A DNA stretch of 52,986 nt from Eubacteriales bacterium (GTDB lineage Bacteria; Bacillota; Clostridia; Oscillospirales; CAG-272). The notes below the pieces were generated by a model. That model searched no databases and was not told where the DNA came from. It saw nothing but the letters and a program-made list of their open reading frames with translations. Where the stretch lies: NCBI GenBank assembly GCA_045638805.1, contig JAZUBZ010000021.1:1-52986 (forward strand), given 5' to 3'. Of this stretch, positions 29,071 to 37,467 are shown piece by piece. The stretch's first letter is position 1; every line of letters begins with the position of its first letter. A program made the position numbers and the translations under genes.

Positions 29071-29844
29071 TTATTCCTTAGTTACTTTTTTGAATGCAAC
29101 GATACAGCTTAAATCCCCTTTGAGGTTTTCGGGAAGCTTAAAACCGTCCCATTCTATATTTTCGGGAAATATATAAGTTCTTGATATTGAATTTCCCTCG
29201 GGTGAATATGTGATACTTGCAGCGTTCAGCTTACTGTCGATCATGAATATCTCACCTTCATTATCAAAAACAACAAAGTCAGCGGAATATATGAGAGACT
29301 CTTCTTCCGGATAATTAAATTCGAGAGGGAAATTCATAAGTAGAGAAACTCTTGGCTTATCGTACGCATTTCCATCTAAGTCTCCGCCCATGGGAAACGG
29401 AGTTACATTTACAACGGTTCTCGAGCTTAAATAATTTGCATACGTTTCGTTGTCATAAGGTTTTGTTTCTACCTCATACTTGTAACTCTTGAATGTTGTT
29501 TCGGGTGAAAAAACAAAATAGTTTTTATATCCCTTAGGAAAACCTTCGAAAATCTTTGTTAAGTTCTTAACAGATTCACCGTTATCATCAAAAAACTCAG
29601 CAGTTATAACAACGGTGTATGCGTTATCGGTCATGTTTTCTGCATTCAGGATCAGAACGTTACCGTCTTCGTATTTATAAGTTTTCTCAGATATTAAAAA
29701 ACCGTGTTCTTCTCCGTCAATAGAGATTTCCTTCTCTGCATCATACTGCTTGATAGGTTCTTGTGCATCAGCAGTATCATTTTTACATCCGCATACAACC
29801 ACTGTTATAAATAGAATCACTATAATCAATAATGATTTTTTCAT
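29071..29844 (-). CDS. Putative lipoprotein, function unknown
   Basis: 257 aa with a signal sequence ending ITVVVCGC (lipobox-like). The rest is hydrophilic and beta-rich. Confidence 0.6.
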   Translation of the reverse strand: MKKSLLIIVILFITVVVCGCKNDTADAQEPIKQYDAEKEISIDGEEHGFLISEKTYKYEDGNVLILNAENMTDNAYTVVITAEFFDDNGESVKNLTKIFEGFPKGYKNYFVFSPETTFKSYKYEVETKPYDNETYANYLSSRTVVNVTPFPMGGDLDGNAYDKPRVSLLMNFPLEFNYPEEESLIYSADFVVFDNEGEIFMIDSKLNAASITYSPEGNSISRTYIFPENIEWDGFKLPENLKGDLSCIVAFKKVTKE

Positions 29845-29900
29845 AATAGGCTCGTTATCCTTTCGTTTTATATTAAATGAAGTTGAGTAAACCCAAAATC

Positions 29901-32345
29901 CTAATATACGCGTATTGCATCCGGAAACTCATCTTTTCCGTCTGTGAAGGTGATACGCTCTTCTTCATCCAAAACGATGTCGTAAAGTACTTCGCTTTCA
30001 TCGTCGCGGCGGACTTTAAGTCTCACTTCTCCGTCGTTACATTCCTCGAATGATAACTCACCCCATTGAAGAATTGAATACGTATAGCATTGCTCTGTTG
30101 CAAACTCATTTACTACTATAAGCTCAAAGGTGAATATGCCTGATGTTTTGCCGTGCATGAGGTAACAGTCTTCTGCTTTCCCGTCACGGTCAATGTCGAA
30201 TGTTTTGGTATCGTATAAGAATTTTGCATTTTCGGCAAGTTCGGAGAATACTTCCATGTATGAACTGTCCTCAACTTTTTTTAACTTCTTGAACATTGTC
30301 CCGTCATTGTATAGTGGTATTACATCATTCTCATCTATGTGTTGAGGAATAGGTGGAGCGGTTGATAAGCTTTTGTTGAATATGAGATTTCCTTCGCCAT
30401 CAACGTCGAAAACGTATTTAGTTTCATACTTCGGACCGGTATGGGTTATAACTAAGGTGTCACTGTCACGGACATATGTACCGATAAGTGTCGCCGAACT
30501 CACGAACGATGTTCCTGTGAATACACAGCTGTTGTTAATGTCAGAAAGGAATATATGCGGTTCTATATAATGTCCTGATCTATCGCTTGAGTACACATAC
30601 AAAGTACCGGTTCTGAGAGGGGAGACTGCAGCTTCTTCTGAGGGATTCCCCCCGTGCGGCAGGTAAAACTCTGCCCATACCTTGTAGGTTTGCACAAATC
30701 CGTCATAGCCCATTGTAACCTCCGTTTCAAAACGGTATTTACCCGATTTGGTCAGGTCACATCCGTCAAGGTAATATTTGTTGGTAACAGAGCTGTGATC
30801 GTCAAGAGAATATCCGATAAGATCGAATACTTTATTTTCATCCATACATGAGACAAGCTCACCGCCCTCGTCATAGCGGTACAGCGCGAACTTATCCCCA
30901 TAGGTGACCTCATCCGAAAACAGGTTCCTCAGCATTACCTCAAGGTATCCGCCGCGTGCGTCTGCCATGATGGAAATGATTCTTGCGCTTATTCTGACAT
31001 CATCTGAACCAATCATTCCTGTGGTAAATCCAACTTCACTTGAAAATGAGCTTTTCTCTATAACTGCGCTTTTCGCAACCTCGGGATTTACCACCTTATA
31101 GCTGAGGGTAGGCTTCGTGCCGGTGTATATCCAAAATTCACCGAAGTCCTTGCTGAAGCAAAGCTGCATTCCGTCACCGAGCTGTACGCGGTTTGTCATG
31201 TCGCGGTTGTCACTGCGGTCTCTTGAGATGGGACGCTGTTGGAGACGGACCTCTTTCAGTGTATCTATCACGTCCGCCACGGTGTCTGCGTCATATACGT
31301 CACTCGTCAGTTTACCCTGATATATGGTGAGTGTCTCTACACCATCGAATATTTCTGCGTAGTCTCCCGTTTCTTCCTCGCTCAGCTCGGTGATAGCTAT
31401 GCTTGCAGGGTCGGTGAGAAGAAATATTCCAACAGCCGCACACACGATAAGTCCCGCAAGGATCAGCCACACCGTGGGCTTTTTGTAGCTCAGCACGTTT
31501 TTGACACGCATTTTCAGACCCGTCTCACCGAAGGCGAGAGGGCAAGCGGCAATGCTCTTTCTTGATACACTGCAGTTGATAAGCGCGGTGGCATACGTGC
31601 TCTTTATCTCACTACCCGATTTTTTCAAAACAGCCTCGTCGCAGGCACATTCAATGTCACGGCACAGAAGCACGTATGCAACCCACATTATGGGATTGAA
31701 CCAATGAATGGCAAGAAGCATAAATCCGAGGGGCTTCCAAATAAAGTCGAACCTTTTTATGTGACATCTTTCGTGAGCCAGCACGTGCTCTGCATCTGCC
31801 TCGTCAATACTTGAGGGAAGGTAGATGACAGGTCTTATAAATCCTAATATAAAAGGCGAATCGATACTGTCGCAGAGACGAACATTATGCTCTCCTTCCA
31901 TGGGAAGTGATATTCTTACCCGTAGCTTCAGCCTGACATAGCTGACCACCGTATAAAGAAGCATCAGGCACATTCCCGCTACCCAAACTATCGAGGCAAT
32001 AAACGTCAAAATCTGCATGGGATTTGCGCTGTACTCGGGAGTGGGTGCAAGCGTACCACTCTGTAGTAACGGGTTTACCGCGTTATCTACGGCTCCGATA
32101 CCGCTGTGTATGGTGGGCGTGTCGGCAATGCCGATATCCTGCGGAATCGCTTCGGACGTCGGTATCATGCTGACGTTACTTTCGAATGATATGGGGCAAA
32201 TGAGCCTTACTGCAACGGCTGCCCAAAGGATGAGCATTATCCACTTGGGTGCGCGACGGAGTAAAATCCTTGCTAAGACTACTGCGGCGCACACGAAGGT
32301 AGCGGACAAGCTCATATTAAGTATTTTTAAAAATATGTCTGTCAT
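29901..32345 (-). CDS. BlaR1/MecR1-family M56 peptidase signal transducer with a non-canonical sensor domain
   Basis: 814 aa. N-terminal TM segments and zinc-protease motif HERCH (HExxH) in AHERCHIKRFD. The start overlaps the blaI-like stop by 4 nt. The C-terminal region of about 500 aa lacks the SxxK, SxN and KTG penicillin-binding motifs. Confidence 0.8.
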   Translation of the reverse strand: MTDIFLKILNMSLSATFVCAAVVLARILLRRAPKWIMLILWAAVAVRLICPISFESNVSMIPTSEAIPQDIGIADTPTIHSGIGAVDNAVNPLLQSGTLAPTPEYSANPMQILTFIASIVWVAGMCLMLLYTVVSYVRLKLRVRISLPMEGEHNVRLCDSIDSPFILGFIRPVIYLPSSIDEADAEHVLAHERCHIKRFDFIWKPLGFMLLAIHWFNPIMWVAYVLLCRDIECACDEAVLKKSGSEIKSTYATALINCSVSRKSIAACPLAFGETGLKMRVKNVLSYKKPTVWLILAGLIVCAAVGIFLLTDPASIAITELSEEETGDYAEIFDGVETLTIYQGKLTSDVYDADTVADVIDTLKEVRLQQRPISRDRSDNRDMTNRVQLGDGMQLCFSKDFGEFWIYTGTKPTLSYKVVNPEVAKSAVIEKSSFSSEVGFTTGMIGSDDVRISARIISIMADARGGYLEVMLRNLFSDEVTYGDKFALYRYDEGGELVSCMDENKVFDLIGYSLDDHSSVTNKYYLDGCDLTKSGKYRFETEVTMGYDGFVQTYKVWAEFYLPHGGNPSEEAAVSPLRTGTLYVYSSDRSGHYIEPHIFLSDINNSCVFTGTSFVSSATLIGTYVRDSDTLVITHTGPKYETKYVFDVDGEGNLIFNKSLSTAPPIPQHIDENDVIPLYNDGTMFKKLKKVEDSSYMEVFSELAENAKFLYDTKTFDIDRDGKAEDCYLMHGKTSGIFTFELIVVNEFATEQCYTYSILQWGELSFEECNDGEVRLKVRRDDESEVLYDIVLDEEERITFTDGKDEFPDAIRVY

Positions 32346-32710
32346 TTTGATTCCTCCTCGTATTTCTCCACCATTCGGCGGAGCTCGTCAAGCTCGCTTT
32401 TTGAGAGAGTTTTTCTCTTTGTGAACGCGGCAATGAACGCAGGCAGGGAACCGCCGAAGGTCTCATCTACGAACTGCTCGCTTCTTGCGGCGTAGAATTC
32501 CTCTTTCGTTATAACGCTCGTTACACTGCCACCTTCGTTTTTGAATATACCCTTCTCGCAAAGGCGCTTCAGCACAGTATATGTGGTGGACTTCTTCCAA
32601 TCAAACTCCTCTGCGGCAATCTTCACAAGTTCAGTTGACGAGATAGGCTCTCTCTCCCAAATAATATCTGCGAATTTTGCTTCAGCTGTACCCATCTGAT
32701 AATCACTCAT
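32342..32710 (-). CDS. BlaI/MecI/CopY-family transcriptional repressor
   Basis: 122-aa winged-helix protein (FADIIWEREPISSTELVKI...TTYTVLKRL). It lies directly upstream of the M56 gene and overlaps it. Confidence 0.88.
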   Translation of the reverse strand: MSDYQMGTAEAKFADIIWEREPISSTELVKIAAEEFDWKKSTTYTVLKRLCEKGIFKNEGGSVTSVITKEEFYAARSEQFVDETFGGSLPAFIAAFTKRKTLSKSELDELRRMVEKYEEESK

Positions 32711-32734
32711 TTTGTTTAACCCCTTTCAATGAAT

Positions 32735-32786
32735 TCTACACTCTGTAGACCAATTATATTTTACATCATGTAGACCAATTTGTCAA
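32735..32786 (-). promoter_or_regulatory. Promoter of the blaI-like operon with two TACA/TGTA dyad operators
   Basis: On the minus strand, TTGACA (32781-32786), a 17-nt spacer, then TAAAAT (32758-32763). Dyad TACAtcaTGTA (32762-32772) lies in the spacer. Dyad cTACActcTGTAg (32736-32748) lies just downstream of the -10. Both dyads are followed by the same GACCAATT. Confidence 0.6.
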
Positions 32787-32923
32787 TAGAACCGCGAAAT
32801 TACGTCTCTGTCACATTGCACAAAAATAGCACAGTTATATTGTGCATGTAGAACAATAACCGATTTACAGTAACCAAGTGCTTATGCAGTCATCCAAAAG
32901 TGATTTTTGAAGTTAAAATACAG

Positions 32924-32952
32924 TTGACAAAGTGGGGAAGTGTGTATATAAT
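32924..32952 (+). promoter_or_regulatory. Consensus sigma-A promoter for the HPr-like gene
   Basis: TTGACA, a 17-nt spacer, then TATAAT. Confidence 0.55.
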
Positions 32953-33010
32953 ACAGTTGTGTTAAGATGAATTTACATACACAAGATATTGAAAGGAAGG
33001 TGTTTCTGCG

Positions 33011-33244
33011 GTGGAAAAGACAAAGTATTTATATAAAGTTGAGCTTCCGACCGGTGCCGACGTGATTGAGTTTAACAGAGCAGCGACCCGCTTTCCGGGT
33101 AAGGTGCATCTTGTTAACGGCTCCAAAAGACTGAACGCTAAGAGCTTTCTTTGCGTACATCTTGCAAAGGTAGCGTGGAATGAGATATACATAGAAAGTG
33201 ACGCTGACTGCTTTAAGGAGTTTCGTAAGTTTATAGTGAAATAA
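33011..33244 (+). CDS. HPr-fold small protein lacking the phospho-histidine
   Basis: 77 aa with a GTG start. A manual alignment to HPr puts TGADVIEF against SGIHARPA, so His15 is replaced by Asp. It puts NAKSFLCV against NLKSIMGV, so a Ser46-like residue is kept. Confidence 0.5.
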   Translation: MEKTKYLYKVELPTGADVIEFNRAATRFPGKVHLVNGSKRLNAKSFLCVHLAKVAWNEIYIESDADCFKEFRKFIVK

Positions 33245-33278
33245 AAAAGTATCGGAACAAACGTACCGATACTTTTTT
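33243..33278. terminator. Bidirectional terminator between the HPr-like gene and niaR
   Basis: aaaaaagtatcgg ... ccgatactttttt. Confidence 0.7.
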
Positions 33279-33279
33279 A

Positions 33280-33786
33280 TTATTCTTCAATATAACCTTT
33301 TGCGTCCATTTCCGCTTCGATCCTGTCGAGCGTTTCTTCATTCTGTGCGCGAACGGTGTGATAATGATGGCCGCCCGTGATGTGCATGAGCTCAACGGAG
33401 GTTCCGCTTCTTACACCCTCGATGAAACGGTCAATGTCCGCCATAGTTGATATACCGAGTCTTGCCTCAAGCTTACCGTATACCTTATGCCAAACGAACA
33501 CGTTGACGATAGTGCCGCCGAGAGAAACTATAATTGAAAGCTCATCCTTTGTTTCCGATGTGGTGTGATAGGTTTTAATAATTCGCTCGACATGGGGAGT
33601 TTTACGTAAAACGTATCCGTAATGTGTGGGGATTATGTCATAACCCGACTTCTTCAAAGCAGAGATGTCCTGGACGATTATCTGTCTTGATACACCGAAC
33701 TCTTTCGAAAGATCAGCTCCGGTGATAGCTGTTTCCTTTGTTAGCAGATAGTCTGCAATAGCTTGTCTTCTTTCGTCTGCCTTCAT
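33280..33786 (-). CDS. niaR: NiaR/YrxA-type transcriptional repressor (HTH_11 plus 3H domain)
   Basis: 168 aa. N-terminal HTH (ITGADLSKEFGVSRQIIVQDISALK) and a C-terminal His-containing 3H-like domain (HTTS...WHKVYG...GGHHYH). Confidence 0.75.
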   Translation of the reverse strand: MKADERRQAIADYLLTKETAITGADLSKEFGVSRQIIVQDISALKKSGYDIIPTHYGYVLRKTPHVERIIKTYHTTSETKDELSIIVSLGGTIVNVFVWHKVYGKLEARLGISTMADIDRFIEGVRSGTSVELMHITGGHHYHTVRAQNEETLDRIEAEMDAKGYIEE

Positions 33787-33847
33787 TGATTGTCCCCTTA
33801 TATACCTTCCTGTTACTTACTGTATGGTGAATCCCTGCGTGTGAGTG

Positions 33848-33890
33848 ATTATAACATAGAACTTTACACATGTCAAGTGAAATGTAAAGT
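33848..33890 (-). promoter_or_regulatory. niaR promoter with an overlapping 8-bp-arm inverted repeat
   Basis: On the minus strand, TTGACA (33871-33876), a 17-nt spacer, then TATAAT (33848-33853). The inverted repeat actttaca (33861-33868) / tgtaaagt (33883-33890) brackets the -35. Confidence 0.5.
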
Positions 33891-33935
33891 TTTGTTCAGT
33901 ACAACTGTGTAGCTGGACTGCGTTGAGACTGAACA

Positions 33936-33989
33936 TTGACAAATCGCGTTTTTTTGTGTATAATATAACTGAAATGTTGAATTATCAAC
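33936..33989 (+). promoter_or_regulatory. Consensus promoter for the marR-like operon plus a palindromic candidate operator
   Basis: TTGACA (33936-33941), a 17-nt spacer, then TATAAT (33959-33964). Palindrome GTTGA-atta-TCAAC lies at 33976-33989. Confidence 0.55.
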
Positions 33990-34029
33990 CCCTAAATATA
34001 TTCCTGCAATTATATATAAGGAGAAGGCA

Positions 34030-34485
34030 ATGACCGACAGATTTGAGAGATTTTCGATCGCTATTTCCGAAATATCAAAATATTGGCACAGACTCGCTTC
34101 CGAAGAAATGGAGAAGCATGGACTTAAAGGGCCTCACGCCATATATCTTACTACACTGTTTCGTAATCCTGATGGACTCACTGCGCCCCAGATATGCGAG
34201 ATATCCGGTAAGGATAAGGCAGATGTTTCAAGAATGATGGCTATTATGGAACAAAAGGGACTCGTTACAAAGGAAAGTGTAAATAAAAATTTGTACCGTG
34301 CGGTGTTCCGTCTGACTGAAGAGGGAAGGGTAGCTGCCGGATTTGTAAGAGACAGAGCCAATCTTGCTGTGAAGATAGCCGGCGGTGATCTTACTGAAGA
34401 ACAGCGTGCTGTATTCTACGAGTCTCTTGAAGTGATAACGAATAAGCTCCGTGAGCTTTCCCGCGACGGACTACCCGCGGAATAA
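34030..34485 (+). CDS. MarR-family transcriptional regulator
   Basis: 151-aa winged-helix protein (LTAPQICEISGKDKADVSRMMAIMEQKGLV). Confidence 0.85.
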   Translation: MTDRFERFSIAISEISKYWHRLASEEMEKHGLKGPHAIYLTTLFRNPDGLTAPQICEISGKDKADVSRMMAIMEQKGLVTKESVNKNLYRAVFRLTEEGRVAAGFVRDRANLAVKIAGGDLTEEQRAVFYESLEVITNKLRELSRDGLPAE

Positions 34486-34528
34486 ACGGGGGACGTAAAA
34501 CAGGTAATAAACAGAAAGGAGCAGTATT

Positions 34529-36721
34529 ATGCCGCTTTCAGCCAAGACGGTACGGGCAAGACTGAGAATGATAAAGCCTATCATTTCCACCCGTTCGCTT
34601 AAGACTATAAGACGCGGTCAGAATATGATTGGTGAACTTACAGAGCACAGATACAGAGACCTTGTTATGGTTAAAAAGCATACCTTTGAGACTTTTGAAG
34701 GCGCTTGGGTCATACCGAGAGATGAAAGAAGACGTGGAGTAATACTTTATCTCCACGGTGGCGGATATACTTGCGGGGGGATAGAATATGCGGTTGGCTT
34801 TGGCTCAATGCTTGCAGAAAGATTCGGCGCAAGAGTATTTTGTCCTGCATACAGACTTGCCCCGGAGGCTCCATTTCCCACGGCAGTGAACGACAGTCTT
34901 GAGGCGTATATGTATCTCCTTTCCAAAGGATACTCTGCAGGCCGTATTGTGCTTTGCGGTGAAAGTGCGGGAGGAGGACTTTGCTATTCTCTTTGTGTTA
35001 AGCTGAGGGACCTCAACATGGATATGCCGTGCGGTATAGTTGCCATGTCGCCGTGGACTGATATGACTCAGTCCGGTGAATCATATAAAACTAATCTTGA
35101 ATGTGATCCGTCCATGACACCTGAGCTGTTGAACTTTTTTGCCGACAGCTACGTTACGAATAAGAGGGAACCATTGGCGTCCCCGCTGTTTGCAAGTTTG
35201 TACGGACTGCCTCCGTCAATAATCTTTGTAGGCGGCGATGAGATAATGCTTGACGACTCGATAAAAATGCATGAAAAGCTGCTTTCTGCACACGTTGACA
35301 GCAGACTTCACGTGGCGTCTGCCCGTTGGCACGGCTATCTCTTGTACGGCCTTTCGGAGGATAAAAAGGATCTTTCTGAAATGGGAAGATTTCTTGATAC
35401 GGTAATGGGTCAGGAGGAAAAGCTCCGTTGGATGCCTCTTGATAATGCGGCGAAGATCTATCCTGCGGCGCGTACCGAACAATGGAGTAACGTATTCAGA
35501 CTTTCCGCAACTCTTACGGAGGATGTGGACGAGGAGATCCTCCGTTCAGCTCTTGACGTAACGGTGCGCCGTTTCCCGGCATTTTCCGTAAGACTTAAAG
35601 CAGGTATGTTCTGGTACTACCTTGAGCAGTTATCTTCAGCTCCTGAGATAATGGAGGAGATGAGCTATCCACTCACAAGAATGACTAATGCTGAAACTGC
35701 TAAGTGTGCTATCAGAGTTATCGTTTACCGTTCAAGAATAGCGGTGGAGATATTTCACTCTATAACCGACGGTAACGGCGGACTTGTGTTCCTTAAGACA
35801 CTCGTTGCCGAATATCTCCATCAAAAGCATGGGCTGCAGATACCTGCGGAATACGGAGTACTTGGCAGACTTGAGGAGCCGAAAGAAGCTGAGATCGAGG
35901 ACAGCTTCCCTAAATATGCTGCAGATGTTCCCGCAAGCAGAAAAGAGAGGACTGCGTGGCATCTCGACGGTCACAGAAATCCTGCAGGCGAGCTTATCAT
36001 CACCTGTCTTGAAATGTCGGTAAGTGAAGTAAAAGCCAAGGCAAAGGAATACGGAGTCAGCATAAATACGTTTTTGTGTGCGGCCATGATGATGGCGCTG
36101 CAAAATCTTCAAAAGACACAGGTGATATCTCCTAAAAGGCGATTGCCTATAAAGCTTCTTATTCCTGTAAATCTGCGTAATATCTTCGAAAGTGAAAGCC
36201 TTCGCAACTTTGCACTGTATACTACGCCTGAGATCCGTCCATCGCTGGGTGAGTACACCTTTGCAGAAATATGTAAGGTCATAACTCATCACATGGGTCT
36301 TGACGTAACTGCAAAGCAGATGTCGTCCAAGATCGCCACAAACGTGAACAGCGAAAAAATGATGATAGTCAGAGTAATGCCGCTTTTTATCAAAAATTTC
36401 GTGATGAAGGCAGTTTTTGATACTGTGGGCGAGAGAAAATCCTGCCTTACTCTGTCCAATTTAGGAGATGTGAAGCTTCCCGACGTGATGAAACCGTATA
36501 TTGAAAGGTTTGATTTTATTCTCGGTACGCAGGCGTCCGCGCCGTATAACAGCGGTGTTATATCTTTTGGTGGGAAGATGTTCTTTAATTTTACAAGAAA
36601 TATCAGAGAATCCTATCTTGAGCTTGCTTTCTTTGAAGTGCTTCGTGATATGGGTATCTCTGTCACAGCAAGCAGCAATATGGATGCCGTTGAAAGTGGT
36701 AACGTAGCGAAAAAGAGATAA
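34529..36721 (+). CDS. Fusion protein: alpha/beta-hydrolase (esterase/lipase family IV) plus condensation/alcohol-acyltransferase-like domain
   Basis: N-terminal HGGGY oxyanion motif and GESAGG nucleophile elbow. The C-terminal 430 aa or so carry FHSITDGNG, which resembles the HHxxxDG motif of condensation / WS-DGAT / PapA5-type acyltransferases. Confidence 0.7.
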   Translation: MPLSAKTVRARLRMIKPIISTRSLKTIRRGQNMIGELTEHRYRDLVMVKKHTFETFEGAWVIPRDERRRGVILYLHGGGYTCGGIEYAVGFGSMLAERFGARVFCPAYRLAPEAPFPTAVNDSLEAYMYLLSKGYSAGRIVLCGESAGGGLCYSLCVKLRDLNMDMPCGIVAMSPWTDMTQSGESYKTNLECDPSMTPELLNFFADSYVTNKREPLASPLFASLYGLPPSIIFVGGDEIMLDDSIKMHEKLLSAHVDSRLHVASARWHGYLLYGLSEDKKDLSEMGRFLDTVMGQEEKLRWMPLDNAAKIYPAARTEQWSNVFRLSATLTEDVDEEILRSALDVTVRRFPAFSVRLKAGMFWYYLEQLSSAPEIMEEMSYPLTRMTNAETAKCAIRVIVYRSRIAVEIFHSITDGNGGLVFLKTLVAEYLHQKHGLQIPAEYGVLGRLEEPKEAEIEDSFPKYAADVPASRKERTAWHLDGHRNPAGELIITCLEMSVSEVKAKAKEYGVSINTFLCAAMMMALQNLQKTQVISPKRRLPIKLLIPVNLRNIFESESLRNFALYTTPEIRPSLGEYTFAEICKVITHHMGLDVTAKQMSSKIATNVNSEKMMIVRVMPLFIKNFVMKAVFDTVGERKSCLTLSNLGDVKLPDVMKPYIERFDFILGTQASAPYNSGVISFGGKMFFNFTRNIRESYLELAFFEVLRDMGISVTASSNMDAVESGNVAKKR

Positions 36722-36733
36722 GGAGGTACGTTG

Positions 36734-37426
36734 ATGTATTGCGTAAAATGCGGTGTTAAGCTCGGGGAAAATGAGAAAAAATGTCCCCTTTGCGGAACGG
36801 TAGTGTTTCACCCGGATGTGAAACAGCCCAAGGGAGAGGATGTATATCCTCACGGAAAGCTTCCCGAGATAAATAAGTCCCTTGTAACTGCGGCGGTTTT
36901 GACTGCTATGTTTATAATTCCGATTGTAACCGTGCTTCTTTGTGACTTGAAGGTATATGGAAAGATAACGTGGTCGGGTTACGTGGTTGGGGCCTTGCTT
37001 CTTACATATATAATAGCAGTGTTTCCAATGTGGTTCCGCTCTCCGAATCCCGTGATATTCGTGCCTTGCTCTTTTGTGGCGGCGGGAATATATGTCCTTC
37101 ACATTGATCTTGCATTGGACGGCGGATGGTTTTTGTCCTTCGCATTTCCAATTATCGGATGTATAGGACTTACTGCTACAGCTATGACGGCGTTGTTTCG
37201 TTACATTAAAAAAGGCGGGTTATATATTTTAGGCGGTGCATTCTGTTTCATAGGACTGTGTATGCTTCCCATGGAATTTCTTGCAAAATATACCTTCGGT
37301 GTCAGCAGATTTATCGGATGGAGCTTATATCCCCTTTCGTCTCTCGTGCTCATAGGCGCGTTTCTCATCTTCCTTGCGATCTATGCTCCTGCTAGAAAAT
37401 ATCTCGAAAGAATATTCTTTATCTGA
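36734..37426 (+). CDS. Zinc-ribbon membrane protein
   Basis: N-terminal CVKCG...CPLCG zinc ribbon followed by about five to six TM segments. It starts 13 nt after the fusion gene, and its RBS overlaps the fusion gene's stop. Confidence 0.6.
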   Translation: MYCVKCGVKLGENEKKCPLCGTVVFHPDVKQPKGEDVYPHGKLPEINKSLVTAAVLTAMFIIPIVTVLLCDLKVYGKITWSGYVVGALLLTYIIAVFPMWFRSPNPVIFVPCSFVAAGIYVLHIDLALDGGWFLSFAFPIIGCIGLTATAMTALFRYIKKGGLYILGGAFCFIGLCMLPMEFLAKYTFGVSRFIGWSLYPLSSLVLIGAFLIFLAIYAPARKYLERIFFI

Positions 37427-37467
37427 TTTGCGTGAGGAATATATTGAAAGGAGACACATATATTAAT

